NCBI GenBank assembly: GCA_034428715.1
Contig: DAOUHE010000096.1
Location: 2,915-66,914 of the forward strand
DNA length: 64,000 nt
Direction of reading: 5' to 3'
Origin: Dehalococcoidia bacterium
GTDB lineage: Bacteria; Chloroflexota; Dehalococcoidia; Lucifugimonadales; UBA3495
Below, piece by piece: positions 62,492 to 64,000 of the stretch (positions are counted from its first letter, which is position 1; each line of letters opens with the position of its first letter). Below the pieces are notes generated by a model. The model was not told where the DNA came from, ran no database searches, and saw only the letters and a list, made by a program, of their open reading frames with translations. A program made the position numbers and the translations under genes.

Positions 62492-64000
62492 ATGGCCCTC
62501 AAAGAATCGGAACAGCGGCTGCGGGTAACCCCCGAATCCCCCGGCGTCTATCTTATGAAGGACGCCCGGGGAAACGTGCTGTACGTGGGCAAAGCCAGCG
62601 TGCTGCGCAACCGCCTCAGGACTTATTTCGGCGCTTCTTCAAACCTCCCCAATAAGATCCGGCGCATGTTGGAACAGTTGGACGATTTCGAGACCATCGT
62701 CACCGATTCCGAGTCCGAGGCACTGATCCTAGAAAACACCCTGATCAAACGATACCGGCCGCGCTACAACGCCCGCCTCAAAGACGACAAGACCTACCCT
62801 TTCCTGAAGATCGACCTCAAAGAAGAGTTCCCAAGAGTCTACATCACCCGGCGGGTCCTAAAAGATGGCGCGCGTTATTTCGGCCCCTTCGCCACGGCGG
62901 GAACCGTGCGCAAGACCATGGACCTGATCAAAAAGCTGTTTCCCTACCGCTCTTGCACCAAACAGATCACCGGTAAAGACCCCCGCCCTTGCCTGGAATA
63001 CTACATCAACCGGTGCGTGGCGCCCTGCACCGGCTTCGCTTCCAAGGAGGAGTACGGCCGGGTCATCCAGCAGGTGATCCTGTTCATGGAGGGCGACACC
63101 GAGGCCGTTACCCAGGATTTGAAGCAAAATATGGAGCGGTCGGCCGACAATTTAGAATTCGAGCGCGCCGCTGTCCTGCGCGACCGGATACGCAGCGTAG
63201 AGAAGGTGGCCGAAGAGCAGCGCATCAACGTAGACTCCAACCTGGTCAAGGACATGGATGTGATCGCCTTGGCCCAAGGGCCCAATGAGGCTTGGGTCCA
63301 GGTGTTCTTCATCCGCCACAACAAACTTGTGGGCAGCGACCACTTCTTCATGGAAGGGACCCAGGATGAACAACCGGGTCTGGTGCAGGGCCAGTTCATA
63401 AAGCAGTTCTACGGCACGGCTCTGACCATCCCTCCCCGCATGTTGGTGCAACACTCCATGGAGGAAGAGGACTTGATCTCCGGGTGGTTGCGTGACTTAA
63501 GGGGCGGGCCCGTAAGGATCACCCGGCCCCAGCGGGGAGACCACAAACGGTTGATTGACACAGTGGCAGCCAACGCCACACAGGGACTGACCCAGTACCG
63601 GGTGAAGTGGCTCAACGATTCCGATGTTACGCAAAAAGCCACCGAGGAATTACAGGAAGAGCTGAGTCTGCCCATGCCGGTGCGCCGCATGGAGTGCTAC
63701 GACATATCCCACATCCAAGGCACCAACACCGTGGCCAGCATGGTGGTGTTTGAAGACGGCCGGCCCAAACCGGCCCACTACCGGCGGTTCAGAATCAAAA
63801 CCGTGGAAGGTGTAGACGACTTCGAGAGCATGCGCGAGGTGCTCCGCCGCCGATTCAAACGGCTGGGCGCTGCCAGGGCAGCCGAGGCCAAAGCAGGAGC
63901 GGACGGACCCGGTTTGGGAGACACCTGGGGCATCCTTCCCGACCTGGTGTTGATCGACGGCGGCAAGGGCCAGCTATCGGCCGCCCTGGAGGTATTCCTT
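62492..64000 (+). CDS. uvrC: Excinuclease ABC subunit C; 3' end runs off the right window edge
   Basis: Own translation from the ATG at 62492: MALKESEQRLRVTPESPGVYLMKDARGNVLYVGKASVLRNRLRTYF (GIY-YIG) and ENTLIKRYRPRYN. Open to the window end, so it is absent from the ORF track. Confidence 0.9.
   Translation, partial: MALKESEQRLRVTPESPGVYLMKDARGNVLYVGKASVLRNRLRTYFGASSNLPNKIRRMLEQLDDFETIVTDSESEALILENTLIKRYRPRYNARLKDDKTYPFLKIDLKEEFPRVYITRRVLKDGARYFGPFATAGTVRKTMDLIKKLFPYRSCTKQITGKDPRPCLEYYINRCVAPCTGFASKEEYGRVIQQVILFMEGDTEAVTQDLKQNMERSADNLEFERAAVLRDRIRSVEKVAEEQRINVDSNLVKDMDVIALAQGPNEAWVQVFFIRHNKLVGSDHFFMEGTQDEQPGLVQGQFIKQFYGTALTIPPRMLVQHSMEEEDLISGWLRDLRGGPVRITRPQRGDHKRLIDTVAANATQGLTQYRVKWLNDSDVTQKATEELQEELSLPMPVRRMECYDISHIQGTNTVASMVVFEDGRPKPAHYRRFRIKTVEGVDDFESMREVLRRRFKRLGAARAAEAKAGADGPGLGDTWGILPDLVLIDGGKGQLSAALEVFL

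Overview
GC-rich, gene-dense bacterial chromosomal segment. I support about 60 protein-coding genes or pseudogenes, one T-box leader and several families of intergenic repeats. I recognised no rRNA, tRNA, CRISPR array, transposase or prophage. All calls come from reading the supplied ORF translations, my own translation of regions missing from the track, and remembered family motifs. No BLAST, HMM or covariance searches were run and GC content was not computed.

Housekeeping genes make up most of the window: a fused accD-accA, tilS, tsaD, T-box-controlled ilvB, fumC-like, mtaB, glnS, gltX, rluD, lspA, rarA, an acyl-CoA carboxyltransferase, folP, folK, groEL, a dUTPase-family gene, queG, a xerC/D-like recombinase and uvrC. 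Catabolic and oxidoreductase genes are interleaved with them: an AtzG-like small protein plus an amidase, two CE4-fold deacetylases, a GMC oxidoreductase, an Fe-ADH, an LLM flavin oxidoreductase, two MBL hydrolases, a thiolase-like protein, and isochorismatase, cupin and SnoaL-like proteins. The gene mix, the T-box, an auracyanin-like cupredoxin and the repeat types suggest a Chloroflexota-like organism. That is a low-confidence inference.

The signals I consider most worth a second look:
1. A family of heptanucleotide (GCTGANN)n arrays sits exactly between stop codons and Shine-Dalgarno sites. Some form inverted pairs, and these flank the LLM oxidoreductase gene on both sides.
2. A translationally coupled AtzG-like small ORF and amidase lead an operon with two paralogous deacetylases and a lipoprotein.
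3. One protein fuses a degenerate AhpD-like domain, a long acidic linker and a phage-primase (D5) C-terminal-like domain.
4. An envelope cluster pairs an ECF sigma gene interrupted by a single in-frame TAG with an anti-sigma whose YfbK-like ectodomain lacks the vWA core. An auracyanin-like lipoprotein with an unknown extra domain lies nearby.
5. Gene decay is visible at four loci: two nonsense or frameshift pseudogenes, one deleted sigma gene and one truncated paralog fragment.
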